DNA from: Tetramitus jugosus | Taxonomy: Eukaryota; Protista; Heterolobosea | Direction: 5' to 3' | NCBI GenBank assembly: GCA_937625935.1 | Contig: OW569360.1 | Coordinates: 372,001 to 436,000, forward strand | DNA: 64,000 nt | Shown: positions 43,389-56,000 of the stretch, one piece after another | Layout: each line of letters starts with the position of its first letter | How positions within the stretch are numbered: position 1 is the stretch's first letter | Made by a program: the position numbers and the translations under genes | The notes under the pieces: generated by a model | The model's database searches: none | Told to the model about the DNA's origin: nothing | What the model saw: the letters and a program-made list of their open reading frames with translations, nothing else

Positions 43389-45272
43389 ATGCACAAACAA
43401 CTTTTGCTGAGCAATCGTCGTCGACTCATTCAACAACGTTCAACAACAATAACAACAACAAACGCACATCGAATCATCCAACCACAACTACAACAACAAC
43501 TAGTCTCACACTACTCATCATCTTCTATTGGAGCTACGAGGCGTCAATTCAAAGACAAAACCACATGTTGCGTCACTGGAGGCAAAGGTGGTGACGGTGT
43601 CGCCACATTCCGAAGAGAAAAATTTGTGGACAGAGGAGGTCCCGATGGTGGTGACGGTGGCAGAGGCGGCTCCGTGTTTGTTCAAGTTTTTCCCCACTTG
43701 CTTCAACAACAAAATGCAGCTTCGCAATCGCCGACGGCGCAAAATTCAAATTTTTCCGCTCAATCACAAAAAAATTTACAAAATCAGCAACAACAAAATT
43801 ATCAATTTTCGAATGCAAACAACTTGAATTTCAAGTCATTGAATCACATTGTGTTTCATCAGAGAGCAGAGAGTGGTTTGAATGGAATGAGTAAGAAGAG
43901 AAAGGGACGAAATGGACAAGATTTGATCATTTATGTTCCACCGGGCACTATTGTTCGAGATGTTGACTCTGGTAGTGTGTTGGCTGATGTGTCTGGTGTG
44001 GAGCGCGATTCTCATGGTGAAGCCAAAAAATTTTTGATTGCGCGGGGCGGAGTCGGAGGAATGGGAAACATTCATTTTGCGAGTGGCGCCAATCGATCAC
44101 CCAGAGAGTTTACGCTCGGAAAAACGGGTGAGCAACGTATTGTGGAGATGGAGCTAAAGGCGATTGCAGATGTGGGATTGGTGGGTTATCCGAATGCAGG
44201 AAAATCGAGTCTGTTGTCAACGGTGAGTGCTGTGACGCCAAAAATTGCAGCTTATCCGTTTACGACGCTGCATCCGACTGTGGGCGAGGTGATTACTCAG
44301 AATTTTAGCACGTTTACGATGGCTGATATACCTGGATTGATTGAGGGTGCGCATGCCAATGTGGGACTCGGTCATGATTTCCTGAGACATATCGAAAGAA
44401 CGAAAATGTTGGTTTATGTGTTGGATGTGTCGGGATTGGAGGGAATGGGTATGCAGAGAGATGATGAGAGTGGAAAATTGACGTATAGTTTCCCTGAGAG
44501 AACGGATGTAGATCAGGTGGCACTCGAGGAGAAGACGCCATTGCATTTGATTGAAATGACGCATCGAGAGAAGAAGATGAAACGTATCATGGACAGTGAG
44601 CGCATAAAAGAAATGAAGGCTGATGATGAGAACTTTATGATGGATTATGGAATAGAGTTGGATGATGAAACCAATGAGAGTGATGAGAAGAATACGAGGA
44701 GTGTCAAGGCAAAGAAGCCAATGAAAACACCAAAACTCAGACAACAGGTCAAAGAACAAGCAATGGCCATTAAGCGAGTGAAGGATATTGAAGTTCAAAA
44801 GCTGAATCAGAGGAAACAATTGGATTTTCAAGACAGAGAGAGAAAAAAGACTCTGCAGGAGCTAGAAATGGAGAATATTGAGCTAGAGGACGAAGATGAG
44901 AAGGAACAGAGGATTGAAGAGATTCGTCAAGAGATTCGAAAGAACAAGAACAACATGTACATTTTGCAACCGTGGGAAGTGCTGAAAAAATTAGAGAGAG
45001 AACTGGAGCTTTACATGCCAGGACTCAGCTCGAATGCCAAACTGATCGTAGCCAACAAGATGGATGTGCCAGGTGCTGCCAAGAATCTGGAAATTTTGAG
45101 ACAACACACAAACCTGCCAATCTTCCCAGTCAGTGCTCTCAAGAATGAAAACATTCAACCAGTCATCGAGTACTGCCACAAAGTTCTCGGTACAATCCAT
45201 ACTATGAACAAAACTACAGCGGATGTAGATGCAGTTGAAAATAACAGCAATGCTGACGACAATGTCCAATAA
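43389..45272 (+). CDS. MTG2: Mitochondrial Obg-family GTPase (MTG2/GTPBP5-like)
   Basis: Gly-rich Obg fold GGKGGDG..GGPDGGDGGRGG, GYPNAGKS, YPFTT, DIPG, NKMD, SAL; presequence. Confidence 0.9.
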   Translation: MHKQLLLSNRRRLIQQRSTTITTTNAHRIIQPQLQQQLVSHYSSSSIGATRRQFKDKTTCCVTGGKGGDGVATFRREKFVDRGGPDGGDGGRGGSVFVQVFPHLLQQQNAASQSPTAQNSNFSAQSQKNLQNQQQQNYQFSNANNLNFKSLNHIVFHQRAESGLNGMSKKRKGRNGQDLIIYVPPGTIVRDVDSGSVLADVSGVERDSHGEAKKFLIARGGVGGMGNIHFASGANRSPREFTLGKTGEQRIVEMELKAIADVGLVGYPNAGKSSLLSTVSAVTPKIAAYPFTTLHPTVGEVITQNFSTFTMADIPGLIEGAHANVGLGHDFLRHIERTKMLVYVLDVSGLEGMGMQRDDESGKLTYSFPERTDVDQVALEEKTPLHLIEMTHREKKMKRIMDSERIKEMKADDENFMMDYGIELDDETNESDEKNTRSVKAKKPMKTPKLRQQVKEQAMAIKRVKDIEVQKLNQRKQLDFQDRERKKTLQELEMENIELEDEDEKEQRIEEIRQEIRKNKNNMYILQPWEVLKKLERELELYMPGLSSNAKLIVANKMDVPGAAKNLEILRQHTNLPIFPVSALKNENIQPVIEYCHKVLGTIHTMNKTTADVDAVENNSNADDNVQ

Positions 45273-45762
45273 AAGCGCCACCTTAAATGAGTGAGTGAAA
45301 TCTATGCCACAGAAGAAACCAGGAAGTTCAACCACTATTCTTATCTCTAGCGTCAGCAGTAGAACCAACATTAAGCAATGTAATTCAGTTCGAAAGAATA
45401 ATAACTGCAAAGAAGTGGAGACTAAAATTCCTCGATTTTTAACTGCACTTATTGAGCAAACAATTAATCTACCAGATCCAATGCTTCGAGTTATGAAGGA
45501 GCAGATTTGCATCATAGTTACTTGTTCATAAAGCACGACCCATTCCAAAATTCCCTAAACATTGATTTTGCTCCGACTGAAAAGGAATTACCCCCGGATA
45601 ATTGGATGCCTCAGTCACCCGTCACCCCGCCAAGAGTTCAAGCAATCCTTCCATGTGAAAAAAAACAGCATCAAATTCAAAATCTCTCTCTGGTACCCGA
45701 TTTCTGACTATTCCACTACCACACCTCTGTTTGGAAACTCGAAAAGCACAGCACACATAACA

Positions 45763-47778
45763 ATGACGAGACAAGCATCGAAATCACCACCATTCTTGTT
45801 ACTCATTGTGTTGTTCCTGTACGTGGTGTTGTTGAGCTTGCCTCACACAACAGTCTCTCTTCACTCACAACGACAACAACAGGTAGTGACAATCTCTAGG
45901 TCTACTTTTCCACGTGGTGATAGTAACAACAACAAGTATCATGGCAATAATGATATAGGGTTGATATCAATGATGATGACTGATCCAATGGATGACAATG
46001 ATCATGTGAATGACATGACTCATCTCGAGATGAGAACAATGACAGATAGTTCAAGTACGGATCGTCACGTTTGGAATTTTAGAAAAAAGTGGTTGAATTG
46101 TACGTTGTTGCCATCTCCCGAAACAACGAACATGACAACAAAGTACTTTGGTTTCGGTTGTTCTTATATTGCTTTGGATCACTTGTATGTTCTTATTGTT
46201 GTTGTGATGATGATGATGATGATACTTTATTGTTGTTTGTTTACTAAGTAGTACAATTGTGGGGGTTTTTATTGTTGTTTTTGTCATATTGTTGTTAGTT
46301 CGCAAGGTTCTCTTCAAGAGCATTGGAAATCTGGGCCAATCTTTATTTATCAAAGTCAACAGTCGATGGATCTTTGTAAATCGGAATTCCATTTCAATGA
46401 AACGTTCTGTCACCAGTATTTTTGTAATGGTGAAACAGCGATTGAACTGTACGGTTTCTGGGAGTCGATGGCATGGAATCAGTGCTTGTACTGTAAGGAT
46501 TCGAGAGAGTTTGAAGATTTTCACTATGCAATTGCAAATGGCACGTGCAAGAGTATGAACTCTACCATTTGGATGAATCAATTCAATAATCATTGTCGAG
46601 CGCGGGGAGGAAGTGCGAACGACGAGGCAGACCTCATTACATATGGTGTGCCACTGTTGTCTGGTTTGGATGACGAATGGTACTGTTATTGTCAATTTTG
46701 GGATCGAATTGGATGGAAGTGTGACTTCCTAACTCATGTGATCATTCCTTATACTATTCATGTGGAACCATTTGTGAATCTATCTGTACATGCCGCCTTG
46801 TTATTGATTAGTATTTGGTTGTGCGTGTTGCCGAGCTTGAATCAAATTAGAATCAATTTGAAACGAACAGATTTTGTGAGTTTGAGATCATTTTGGGAGT
46901 CGTTCCCACTTTTGAGATTAACAGTGGTGCTTCTCGTGACTTTATCTCAACTATTGATGACTACACAGCATGGTACTGCTATTAAGGCATCTCGATCAAC
47001 TGGCACGAGATCCAATGCGCAATTCTTTTCTCAGATTTCCCAATCACTGTATCGAGTCGTGGCTATGGCAGCATTATATGCATATTTGACGCTGTGGGTT
47101 CAAATCTTGTACAAGAGTAATCAACTAGACACGAAAGCACCATTGACAATGACCATGAGAATCATTCTCACGCCATTGTGGTTGCTGATTGGTTGCCTGT
47201 TGATATTTGATACTGTTGTCATATGTGTGGCTTATTTTGCACCTCAAAAGTTTCGCGCACTGGCAGAACCATCCATTTTTATTATTGTGGCCTTCGGTTT
47301 GATCCAAGCTGTTGTGACAGCTGTCATTCAAATCTATGGTCTAAGATTGTATTTTATGCTGCGAAAGGTGAAGCGGGTCAGTTGGCTACAAACGAAATTC
47401 ACTCGTATGATGTCTCTGTTATCAATCCATGCTTTGATCACCCTCCTCTATATTATTCTGTCATCGATACAGTCTCTGACTGGCAAGTTGGACTTTTATG
47501 GGCGGTTCGTTGCCCTGAGTAACTCTATAATCGTTTCTACCCTGATAATGTCGCAAGGTATGCTGTTGGTGTTCTCTATATTGAACTGGACCGAAGTGAA
47601 GAGAACCTATGGAGGCATTGCAAGGTTCTTCTTGAACCTTTTGGGATACAGCAATGAGAGAAAACGCAAGCCAAGACATTCAAAAACTATTGACCTATCC
47701 ATCAAGCAAGAACTCTTGGATGAAAGTGACAGATTTCACGATGAAATCACAGCACAGGAAGAACAGTTTATCGAATAA
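45763..47778 (+). CDS. Multi-pass (7TM-like) membrane protein with Cys-rich ectodomain (exons 45763-46142, 46299-47778)
   Basis: Signal peptide; GTACTT..ACTAAG..TTAG intron restores frame; CYCQFWDRIGWKC then about 7 hydrophobic segments. Confidence 0.65.
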
Positions 47779-47902
47779 ACTTCTCCACACAGCAAGTGCA
47801 TGCACTGACTTTATACAATCGATCGAAAATTGAACGTTTTTTTCCATTTCTCCGCCCTCTTCCAACTGAAATAATCCGCGTCGAGCCAAAAACACAAACA
47901 AA

Positions 47903-48615
47903 ATGGTATGTCGCTTTCACAAGCAATTAAGCTTTTTTTGCCAGTCAAACAACCACCTGGTGAACACTCAATATTTACATATTTATATATATAACAATAG
48001 AGATTTAAATTCTGTGGAGATCTAGATGCCCCAGATTGGCTCCTATCCAACATTGCTCTCATCTCCAATCTCACCACACAGCAATGTCAAGAGCTATCGA
48101 TTGAAATCATGAGAGAACTCATGTCCACTACTAGTAATCATGGTAGTGAAGAATTCAATTATGATGTCGTTCTGGAGAGAACAAAGTCATTGGAAGGTGG
48201 TATGGATCAAGTAAAGAGTGTGATTGCATCCCTGTTGTTTATCATTTCAAATTCTGCGCGTTTCAACGTTCAAGAACAGCAATTATCACTGGAGCTACAA
48301 CAGATTGGTTTTCCAAAGGATAGCGCCGAAGCGCTGTGCACTGAATTTCAAAATGTCGCATCAGAATTGATTCAACATTTGAAAACAAAAACGGTGAGAT
48401 TGCCAAAGATTGAGGGGCTCAAGTGGCGTGTCGATTTTATTCTGAGCAGCTCAAAGCTAAAGCAAGTGAATCAACCAAGTATTCAAATGCAAATGGACAT
48501 TGTACAAAAGGAGAAGAGAGAAGTGCAGGCGTTTGATGTGTCATTGGATCAGTTTAGAGTGTTGCATCACGAATTGGCCACTGCTAGAAAGCTCATGGAT
48601 CAGTTGCAGCAGTAA
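47903..48615 (+). CDS. COMMD4: COMM domain protein 4 (coding exon 1 = ATG only, intron 47906-48000)
   Basis: ATG|GTATGT...ATAG|RFKFCGDLDAPDWLL; C-terminal WRVDFILSSS COMM domain. Confidence 0.9.
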
Positions 48616-48773
48616 TCGTGAATGACATGTTTGTATTTCGATCCCCCTTTTTTGTAAACAATTCTCTTTATTAAACTTTTATTGACGATCGCGCATAAAC
48701 AAGAATGCAACACCAATCAAACATATGTCTTCTCCTACTACTACTATTATTGCTTTGTTCATCTTTTTTTATT

Positions 48774-49415
48774 TTACTTTCTAAAGTCATTAAACAGAGA
48801 TTCCAAATGAGAAATGGTGTTCCTGTTTGCGGTAGATGTAGATCGTGCCTGTGTTGTTGTTGCTGTTTGTTCTTCACTCGGTGCCACATTAAAACTAGTC
48901 AAACTAGTATTCTCTCTAATCAACTTTTCCAATGGTGATTCTTCTTCGTCTGACGGTGCTTCAGTCTTCCAGTCAATACGATCCGTGTGATGCAATCTCT
49001 GCAAATCAACAGCTTCACTCACATCAACCAATTTTTCATCATCAATGGCAACAGCGTCAAACTCTCGCTTGAATCCACCACCATGAATACGCAACTCATC
49101 ATACTTTTCTCTAAATATATCCTTTTCTTTCTGAACGGACCATCTAATCACTTCAGTGTCCTTTCTTATGAGTTCGACAAGACGATTTTGTGCCTGTGGA
49201 GATGCATCAAAGAGCATGAGTACCCATCTACCCTTGTAATGCTTTGTTCTGTTGCGGTACATTGGATAGGCCAATGGCATGATACCCAAATTGTCCATTC
49301 GACGAATGACACCACCATGTTCAAACACGCAGTTGGCCTTTTGTCTGAGAACGTTGGCTACTTTGGGTAGAGAAGCTTTGGCATTCACAAGAAAAACAGT
49401 TTCATAGAGTGGCAT
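48774..49415 (-). CDS. MRPS6: Mitochondrial ribosomal protein bS6m with C-terminal extension
   Basis: MPLYETVFLV..GGVIRRMDNLGIMPLAYPM..HYKGRWVLMLFDASP..DTEVIRW. Confidence 0.85.
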   Translation of the reverse strand: MPLYETVFLVNAKASLPKVANVLRQKANCVFEHGGVIRRMDNLGIMPLAYPMYRNRTKHYKGRWVLMLFDASPQAQNRLVELIRKDTEVIRWSVQKEKDIFREKYDELRIHGGGFKREFDAVAIDDEKLVDVSEAVDLQRLHHTDRIDWKTEAPSDEEESPLEKLIRENTSLTSFNVAPSEEQTATTTQARSTSTANRNTISHLESLFNDFRK

Positions 49416-49943
49416 TTTCCTTGTTGTTGTTGTTGTTGTTGAATATTGTCGTGGCGGAGAGGCGCGAAATGAAGATGAATTTTTTGCGTGTTGGCAAGAA
49501 AGCTTTTTTTCTCTTGTGTGGAAAATCATCCCCGATGTTGGATAGATAATCCGATTCTCCGTAAAGCGGTGTTTTATTGTCGCAGAAATGGGTGATTGTA
49601 AACGTGAGCGAGTCTTTACAACGGCCACCTCATCACTCCATCCTGGAAGCCATGATAGACCACACCGGCAAGAATCGTTGGGAAGCATGCGAGGGCACAC
49701 TTGAAACTTCGACAACCCAAACGAGCAACAACACCTTGCCAAAAAACAAACCCAATCGATTTGTGCTTCCCCAACGATATCACGTGTTCAGTTTCTGACG
49801 ATCGAGATCTCTTCTCAGTTTCTTTTTTTCACACGGCAACAAATCAGCAATCAATCACAACACCCCTTTCTATATTATCTATCTATTTTCTTCCCAACAC
49901 GACGTCAATAAATAATCATTAAAAAAAACACAACAACAACAGT

Positions 49944-52670
49944 ATGTCCAATCAACAACAACAACAAGATCAAGCACAACAACCTGCACCAAAGAGACTC
50001 GAGGGAAAGGTCAAGTCAGTCTTGAGTGGAGACACTCTTGTTCTTGCTCACCCAACAAAAATCTTTCCAGCCATCGAAAAAGTTTTGACATTGGTCAGAA
50101 TCCAAGCACCTCGTATGGCCAAGAGAGGAGAAGAGAATGAGGAACCATTTGCATTCGAGGCAAGAGAATTCTTGAGGAAGAAGTGCATTGGTAAGCTCGT
50201 GTCCTTCCAAGTCGAATACAGAAACGCTGATACCAAGAGAGATTTTGGTACTGTTTTCCTCGATGGTGAAAACTTGGGTGAAGCTGTTTTGAGAGAAGGT
50301 CTAGCCAAGTTCAAGTCATCCAAGAGCAATGAAGAATTCCAAAATTTGGCTGATGCTCAAGAAGAAGCCAAGGCCAACAAGGTTGGTATCTGGGGTGAGA
50401 AGCCAAAGCCAAGACACATCACTTGGCAGATTCAAGATGCTGAAAAGTTGCTAAAGTCATTCAAGGGAAAGACCATGAATGTCATTGTCGAGTATGTGAT
50501 GAATGGATCCAGTATGCGTGTACTTTTACCAACCAATGAGATGGTCGTTGTTCATCTCACTGGTATTCAATGCCCTTCCATCAAGATTGAGGAGAAGAAG
50601 ACTGGTGACAAGGTGGAGAGAGTTGAAGTTGGTTCCATGTGGTCCAAGGAAGCTCGTCACTACACTGAAGTCAGAGTTTTGCACAGAGAAGTCACCATGC
50701 TTTTCGAAGGAACTGACAACAATGAGAGTTTGTTTGGTTCCATTTTGATGGGCACCAATGAAAACAGTGAAGAGCCATTGATCTATCAAGAAGAATTATT
50801 GCAAAGAGGTCTAGCCAGCATTGCTGAATGGAACGTTGCCAGATCCAAGTACACTAGCAGATTGCGCAAGGCTGAAGCTGTTGCCAAGGGCAAGAAGTTG
50901 AGACTGTGGACCAACTACGAGCCACCTGTTGCTACATTGAAGAATGAAGACATGACTGTCATCAATGCTCAAGTCATTGAAGTTTTGAGCGGTGACACTG
51001 TTAAGATTCGTGATGAACAAGGCAATGAAGAAAGAATTTCCTTGTCCAGCATCAGAGCTCAAAGATTCTTGGGTAAGGGTAAGGATGCTGAACCATGGGC
51101 ATTCGAAGCAAGAGACACCTTGAGAAAGAGAGTTGTTGGCAAGACTGTTCAAATCAAGATTGATTACAGAAGATCTTTGAAGAGAACTGTCAATCAACCA
51201 AAGATGGTCAACGGTCAAAAGCAAGATGTTCAAACTGAATTGAGCGAAGACCGCAGATTCGGTACCATCTTCATCAACGGCAACCCTCTTGCTGTTGAGC
51301 TTGTTAAGAATGGTTATGCTTCTGTCATCAAGCACAAGTCCGATGAAGAGAGATCTATTGCCTACGATCAATTGATGTTGGCTGAAGCAGATGCCAAGAA
51401 GAAGAACAGAGGTTTGCACGGTCCAAAGAAGAATGCTCCAATTCACAAGATTACTGAAATTGCTGATGCTCATGCTGCCAAGTATTTGGCTGGATTGAAG
51501 GACAAGAAGATTAAGGCTGTTGTCGAGAAGGTCTTCACTGGTACAAGATTCAAGTTGCTCTTACCAAAGGAATCTTACTCCCTCACCTTTGCTATCACTG
51601 GTGTTTCTTGCCCATCCATGAAGCCAAGAGATGAGAAGGAACCAAAGCCATTTGCTGTTGAGTCCTTGAACTTTGCCATTAACCAATTGATGATGAGAGA
51701 CGTTGAAATCATTATCAGAAATGTTGACAAGGTTGGTAGCTTTGTTGGTGACTTGCTCATTGGCAACACCAACTTCGCAGTCAGCATCTTGAAGGCTGGT
51801 TACGCTATGCTTCAAAGAGCTGCCGAGAAGGCAAACAACTATCCTGAGTTGAAGGATGCTGAAGATTCTGCAAAGGTTGTCCAAAAGAATGTTTGGTCTG
51901 TTGATCCAAATATCTTCAAGACCAAGAAGCAAAAGCAATTTGATGAAGAAAGAGCTACCACTCCTTCCACCAAGTTCAAGATTGTTAAGAGCAAGCCTTT
52001 CGATGTCAGAGTCACTGAGATTCTTGATGCTTCTCACTTCTACATCCAAAAGGCTGATTCCATTGATGACATTGAGGCTGTTGAAAACTTTTTGGCTGCT
52101 GTCGATCCAGAGGGCTTGGAACGCGCCAACCAATTCGAGATTGGTCAACCTGTTCTTGCATACTACGAAGCTGAAGATGCATGGTTCAGAGCCAAGGTCA
52201 CCAAGAGCCTCAAGGACTCTGTTACTGTATTTTATTCTGATTATGGTAGCTCTGAAACTTTGCCTGCAAGCAAGTTGAGAGTCCTTCCAAAGAATAGCGA
52301 ATTGGCAACCATCAAGCCAACCGTTTCCGAAGCTAGACTTGCTTTCACATACTTGCACGCTGAGAACTATGTTGACGATGCCAAACTCCTCTTTGCTGAC
52401 TTGGTCTCTGGAGACAAGGACTTGGAAGCCACTGTTGAATTCACCAACAATGGTATCCAATACTTGACCCTTGTTGACAAGGCTGATGACACCAACATTA
52501 ATCAAACTTTGGTCAGAAACGGTTTGGTGTTCGTTGATTCCTTCTACAAGAAGTATGACGAATTCAAGTCCAACTATGTCAACCTAGAGAAGGATTTGCA
52601 AGCTGCCAAGCAAGACAAGTACTACCTCTGGGAAGATGGTGACTTGTATGCCAGTGATGACGAAGAGTAA
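49944..52670 (+). CDS. SND1: Tudor staphylococcal nuclease
   Basis: Four SN domains (VLSGDT, EPFAFEAREFLRK), Tudor WFRAKV..VFYSDYGSSE, fifth SN. Confidence 0.95.
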   Translation: MSNQQQQQDQAQQPAPKRLEGKVKSVLSGDTLVLAHPTKIFPAIEKVLTLVRIQAPRMAKRGEENEEPFAFEAREFLRKKCIGKLVSFQVEYRNADTKRDFGTVFLDGENLGEAVLREGLAKFKSSKSNEEFQNLADAQEEAKANKVGIWGEKPKPRHITWQIQDAEKLLKSFKGKTMNVIVEYVMNGSSMRVLLPTNEMVVVHLTGIQCPSIKIEEKKTGDKVERVEVGSMWSKEARHYTEVRVLHREVTMLFEGTDNNESLFGSILMGTNENSEEPLIYQEELLQRGLASIAEWNVARSKYTSRLRKAEAVAKGKKLRLWTNYEPPVATLKNEDMTVINAQVIEVLSGDTVKIRDEQGNEERISLSSIRAQRFLGKGKDAEPWAFEARDTLRKRVVGKTVQIKIDYRRSLKRTVNQPKMVNGQKQDVQTELSEDRRFGTIFINGNPLAVELVKNGYASVIKHKSDEERSIAYDQLMLAEADAKKKNRGLHGPKKNAPIHKITEIADAHAAKYLAGLKDKKIKAVVEKVFTGTRFKLLLPKESYSLTFAITGVSCPSMKPRDEKEPKPFAVESLNFAINQLMMRDVEIIIRNVDKVGSFVGDLLIGNTNFAVSILKAGYAMLQRAAEKANNYPELKDAEDSAKVVQKNVWSVDPNIFKTKKQKQFDEERATTPSTKFKIVKSKPFDVRVTEILDASHFYIQKADSIDDIEAVENFLAAVDPEGLERANQFEIGQPVLAYYEAEDAWFRAKVTKSLKDSVTVFYSDYGSSETLPASKLRVLPKNSELATIKPTVSEARLAFTYLHAENYVDDAKLLFADLVSGDKDLEATVEFTNNGIQYLTLVDKADDTNINQTLVRNGLVFVDSFYKKYDEFKSNYVNLEKDLQAAKQDKYYLWEDGDLYASDDEE

Positions 52671-53019
52671 GTGTCTCGAGCACTTGCCGTCTCTTTGTTG
52701 CGAGCGTTTGGATGATTGCTCAGGTTTTGAGGTGCCGCACCTCTTGAACTTTAAGCAAGAGTCTAATCGATAATCAGTCCTGTCTCAGAATGCAACCCTT
52801 TTACTACTATATAAATATTGCTATCATATTATCATACACAAGCAAATACACGATCATCTCCCGCCCCATTTTTTTTCCTTTGATTCATTGAATTCAACAA
52901 ACCTGTGCATGCAAAAAATATTTCCGCCATGTGAAAAAAATTCATGACACACAACAAAAACAAAAACCAGACACGACGCAATAGACAGTAGTAGTAGTAG
53001 TTTCTCCACCACCACCACC

Positions 53020-56000
53020 ATGTCATCCATCGAAGAAACCAACAACCATAACAACAACAATGGCAGCAGTAGCAGTGATGGTTCGACCAAGAAATATGTG
53101 CCTCCATCCGACATGAACAAACACCTCACACTGATCATTCAACAAATGAACTCTACGGATCTACCTGTTGCCGTCAAGGGTTACAACTCATTTATTGAAC
53201 AATTAAAGTATGAGACTTATCAATGCCACAGAGAATTCATCAAATCGTGTCAAAAAAAATCTGCATACAACCTCAATAGCATGGCCAAAAAAGCGCAACA
53301 ACAACAATCAGAAAGAGCAAGTTCGCGTAGTGATGGATTGATTCAACTAGAGTCTGATTTCTATGTGTTTGGTGAATCCGTCTATAGCTCCAGTGATTAT
53401 TTGCCAGTGTATGGTGGATTGAATCGTGATTCCATTTTGATTCAATACATTTTGAGATCGCCACAACTTCATGAGCTCAAGAAGGTTCACGAGCTATTTA
53501 ATAAGGTATGTTTTTTTTGTTTGTGTGTTGTTGTTGTTGTTTTTTGTTGGTTTTTTGGTGAGTGTGTATGTTGAAAGTGAAACTAACAATTGTTCATTTT
53601 TGATGAATAATTGTAGCTATTTGCAGAGAAGGATTATGAAACTGGTGCCATTTTCAAGAAAAAGTTCTTCTTCATGAATGACCTCATATTCAAATACTCT
53701 GTTGATTTGGACAAGAAGACTGAATGGGCCAAACCAAATTCACCTCACGAACACGAATATCGGTTAGTGAAACAAGCGCTCGGTTCCTATGCCAACTTTG
53801 TGTTGCAAGAGTGTTGGTACGCACATGTGATTCTGTTCCAGAAATTGGTGGGTCACGAAATGGCATTGAGACACTATGCTCTCTCTACTCTGGGATTGTT
53901 GGCTAGACATTATGACAAACAGTTTGATGTGTTTGATTTGTTCAAGGACAAGTTTTTGGAGTTGAGAGCAGGTGGAAAGAAGGAGGACTTGCACACGTTG
54001 ACATTCTCTCTCATGAGTCACGGAGATGCTCGGATCATTTCTACAATGACGTCAAAGATTACTTTTGATTGGTCGAATTGGGTCATGATTGATTTTTCAA
54101 ATGCTGATGCACGTGGAGAGTTGTGGAGCGTTTTGTCCTTTTTCCAAGGGCGTGTCGGGCGGAATGAAATGATTGAATTGCACGCAAAGAGACAATTTTT
54201 AACAAAGCACATTAACAATATGATTCAATGGATGGATCCAATCATGTACGAGGATTCACTTGGAGTGGCATGCTCGAACTTGATGCAGGTTATGCTTGCA
54301 GATTTATTGATTAATAACAAGTACGCATTAGCTTCAAACGACCCATCGAAATTTAGGTATTTGCGAGAGTTGGATCAGGAGGATTCTTTTATGTGTAAGA
54401 ACTTGGCAAAGTTTAGTGTTGAGATTCCTAGTCATGCGAATTTTGTGAGACGGGTTTTGTTGAAGCGACAACAATATATTCTCCCATTTTTCGGTATTAT
54501 TCCACCATTTACATTCGACGACAGTTTAGAATCGATGCACAAGGTTAACTTTTTGATGACTCTATCCGAATTGCCACTTCCATCGATATCGAAACAAGAT
54601 ATTTTGGACTACGATGCCTCTGTTGCAGCAATTACAGACACAGTATATATTCATCATGCTATGAAGGTTCCTGACAACATGGCTTTCCAACCAGAATCAA
54701 TGACTGTTGTTCTCCAGGTTTTGCTCTCTTATTTTGCTCGTGTAGAGTCTATTATAAAACAGATTGATACGCTGAAGAAGCAATTTGGAGAGTTGGACGC
54801 TTGGAGGCGGTTTGAAATGCTGGTCAAACAATCATTGAAGCAGCAATTCCCTGTTTCCTTCATCACATTCTACGAATACTATTTTATTCATCTGACAAAG
54901 GTACAGAGCCTTCCAAAGAATGTTCATGATTTCCTATTGGGACGTTGCTTGCAAGTGATGCGTCTCTTTTTGAAGTATTTCGTGACAGATGACTTGCCTG
55001 CAACGATTCTTAACCTATTCCAGGCGATTGTTCCAAGTGCAGCTCTAGTCTATCAATACACTTATTTCATATCTGATTTGAGAGTCCAGTTTGCAGAGTT
55101 GCTGGCAAAGGATATGCTCAGTAGACTATTAACAATCGTTTCGCTGGATGGGTCAAGCCAACGTGGATTTTCCAGGAAAATGCTATCACCAATATTTATT
55201 CCATCCAATCTGTTTAGCTCTCAATGCGAGTTCAATACATGGATGAGGACTCTGGCACAAGAGAATGTTCCTTTTGTTACCACTTTGTTAACGGAGGTAT
55301 ATTCCAATCAGGAATCAAGAAAGTCTGTTTTGACTTCGATTCTTTCCCCGATCATTCAACTTGATGACCAGTTATTCGGTCAAGCCCTGTTGAAGGCACT
55401 TGAAAAATCATTAGACTTTGATTCTAACCAAGACTTGAACAATATCCAGTTCGTATACAGACTCACTGCTCTTCAATTATTGAACAGCAAGGCAGAGCAT
55501 TCGAAGATGATCACAGAGTGTTTTGAGAATATTTGCAAATCCAAGGATTTGAAGGGAAAGAACCTGTCAGTTTTTTCTAATGTTGTTCGATTCCTCAACC
55601 GTGATTCAAAATATGATTCCCAGTTCGAAAGTATCACAATGAACGCCACGAGCCTATCAGGAGGAGATCAATCGCGATCGAAATCTTTGGAGCCAATGAT
55701 TTTCTCCCTACTTTACTCGAATATTCACGTACCACTTCTCAAGGAGTTGCAAGTCCAGAAATTCTTGGGCCAAAAGTTTGACGTATCGACTAGTCGTACC
55801 ATGTCTAATTTATTCTCCAATCTACCATTTGACATCTTGTTTTATCAACACGAGCTTTCTGTTGATGACAAGTCCGTATCTCAGTATCTAGAGTCATTCC
55901 AACAGTATATATTTGAATCAATTGCAAGATTGGGTGATTTACATGAGCATATATCTGCCGTTAGACAAGCAGCAGCCAGTTTCTTCACCTCGAATTCACC

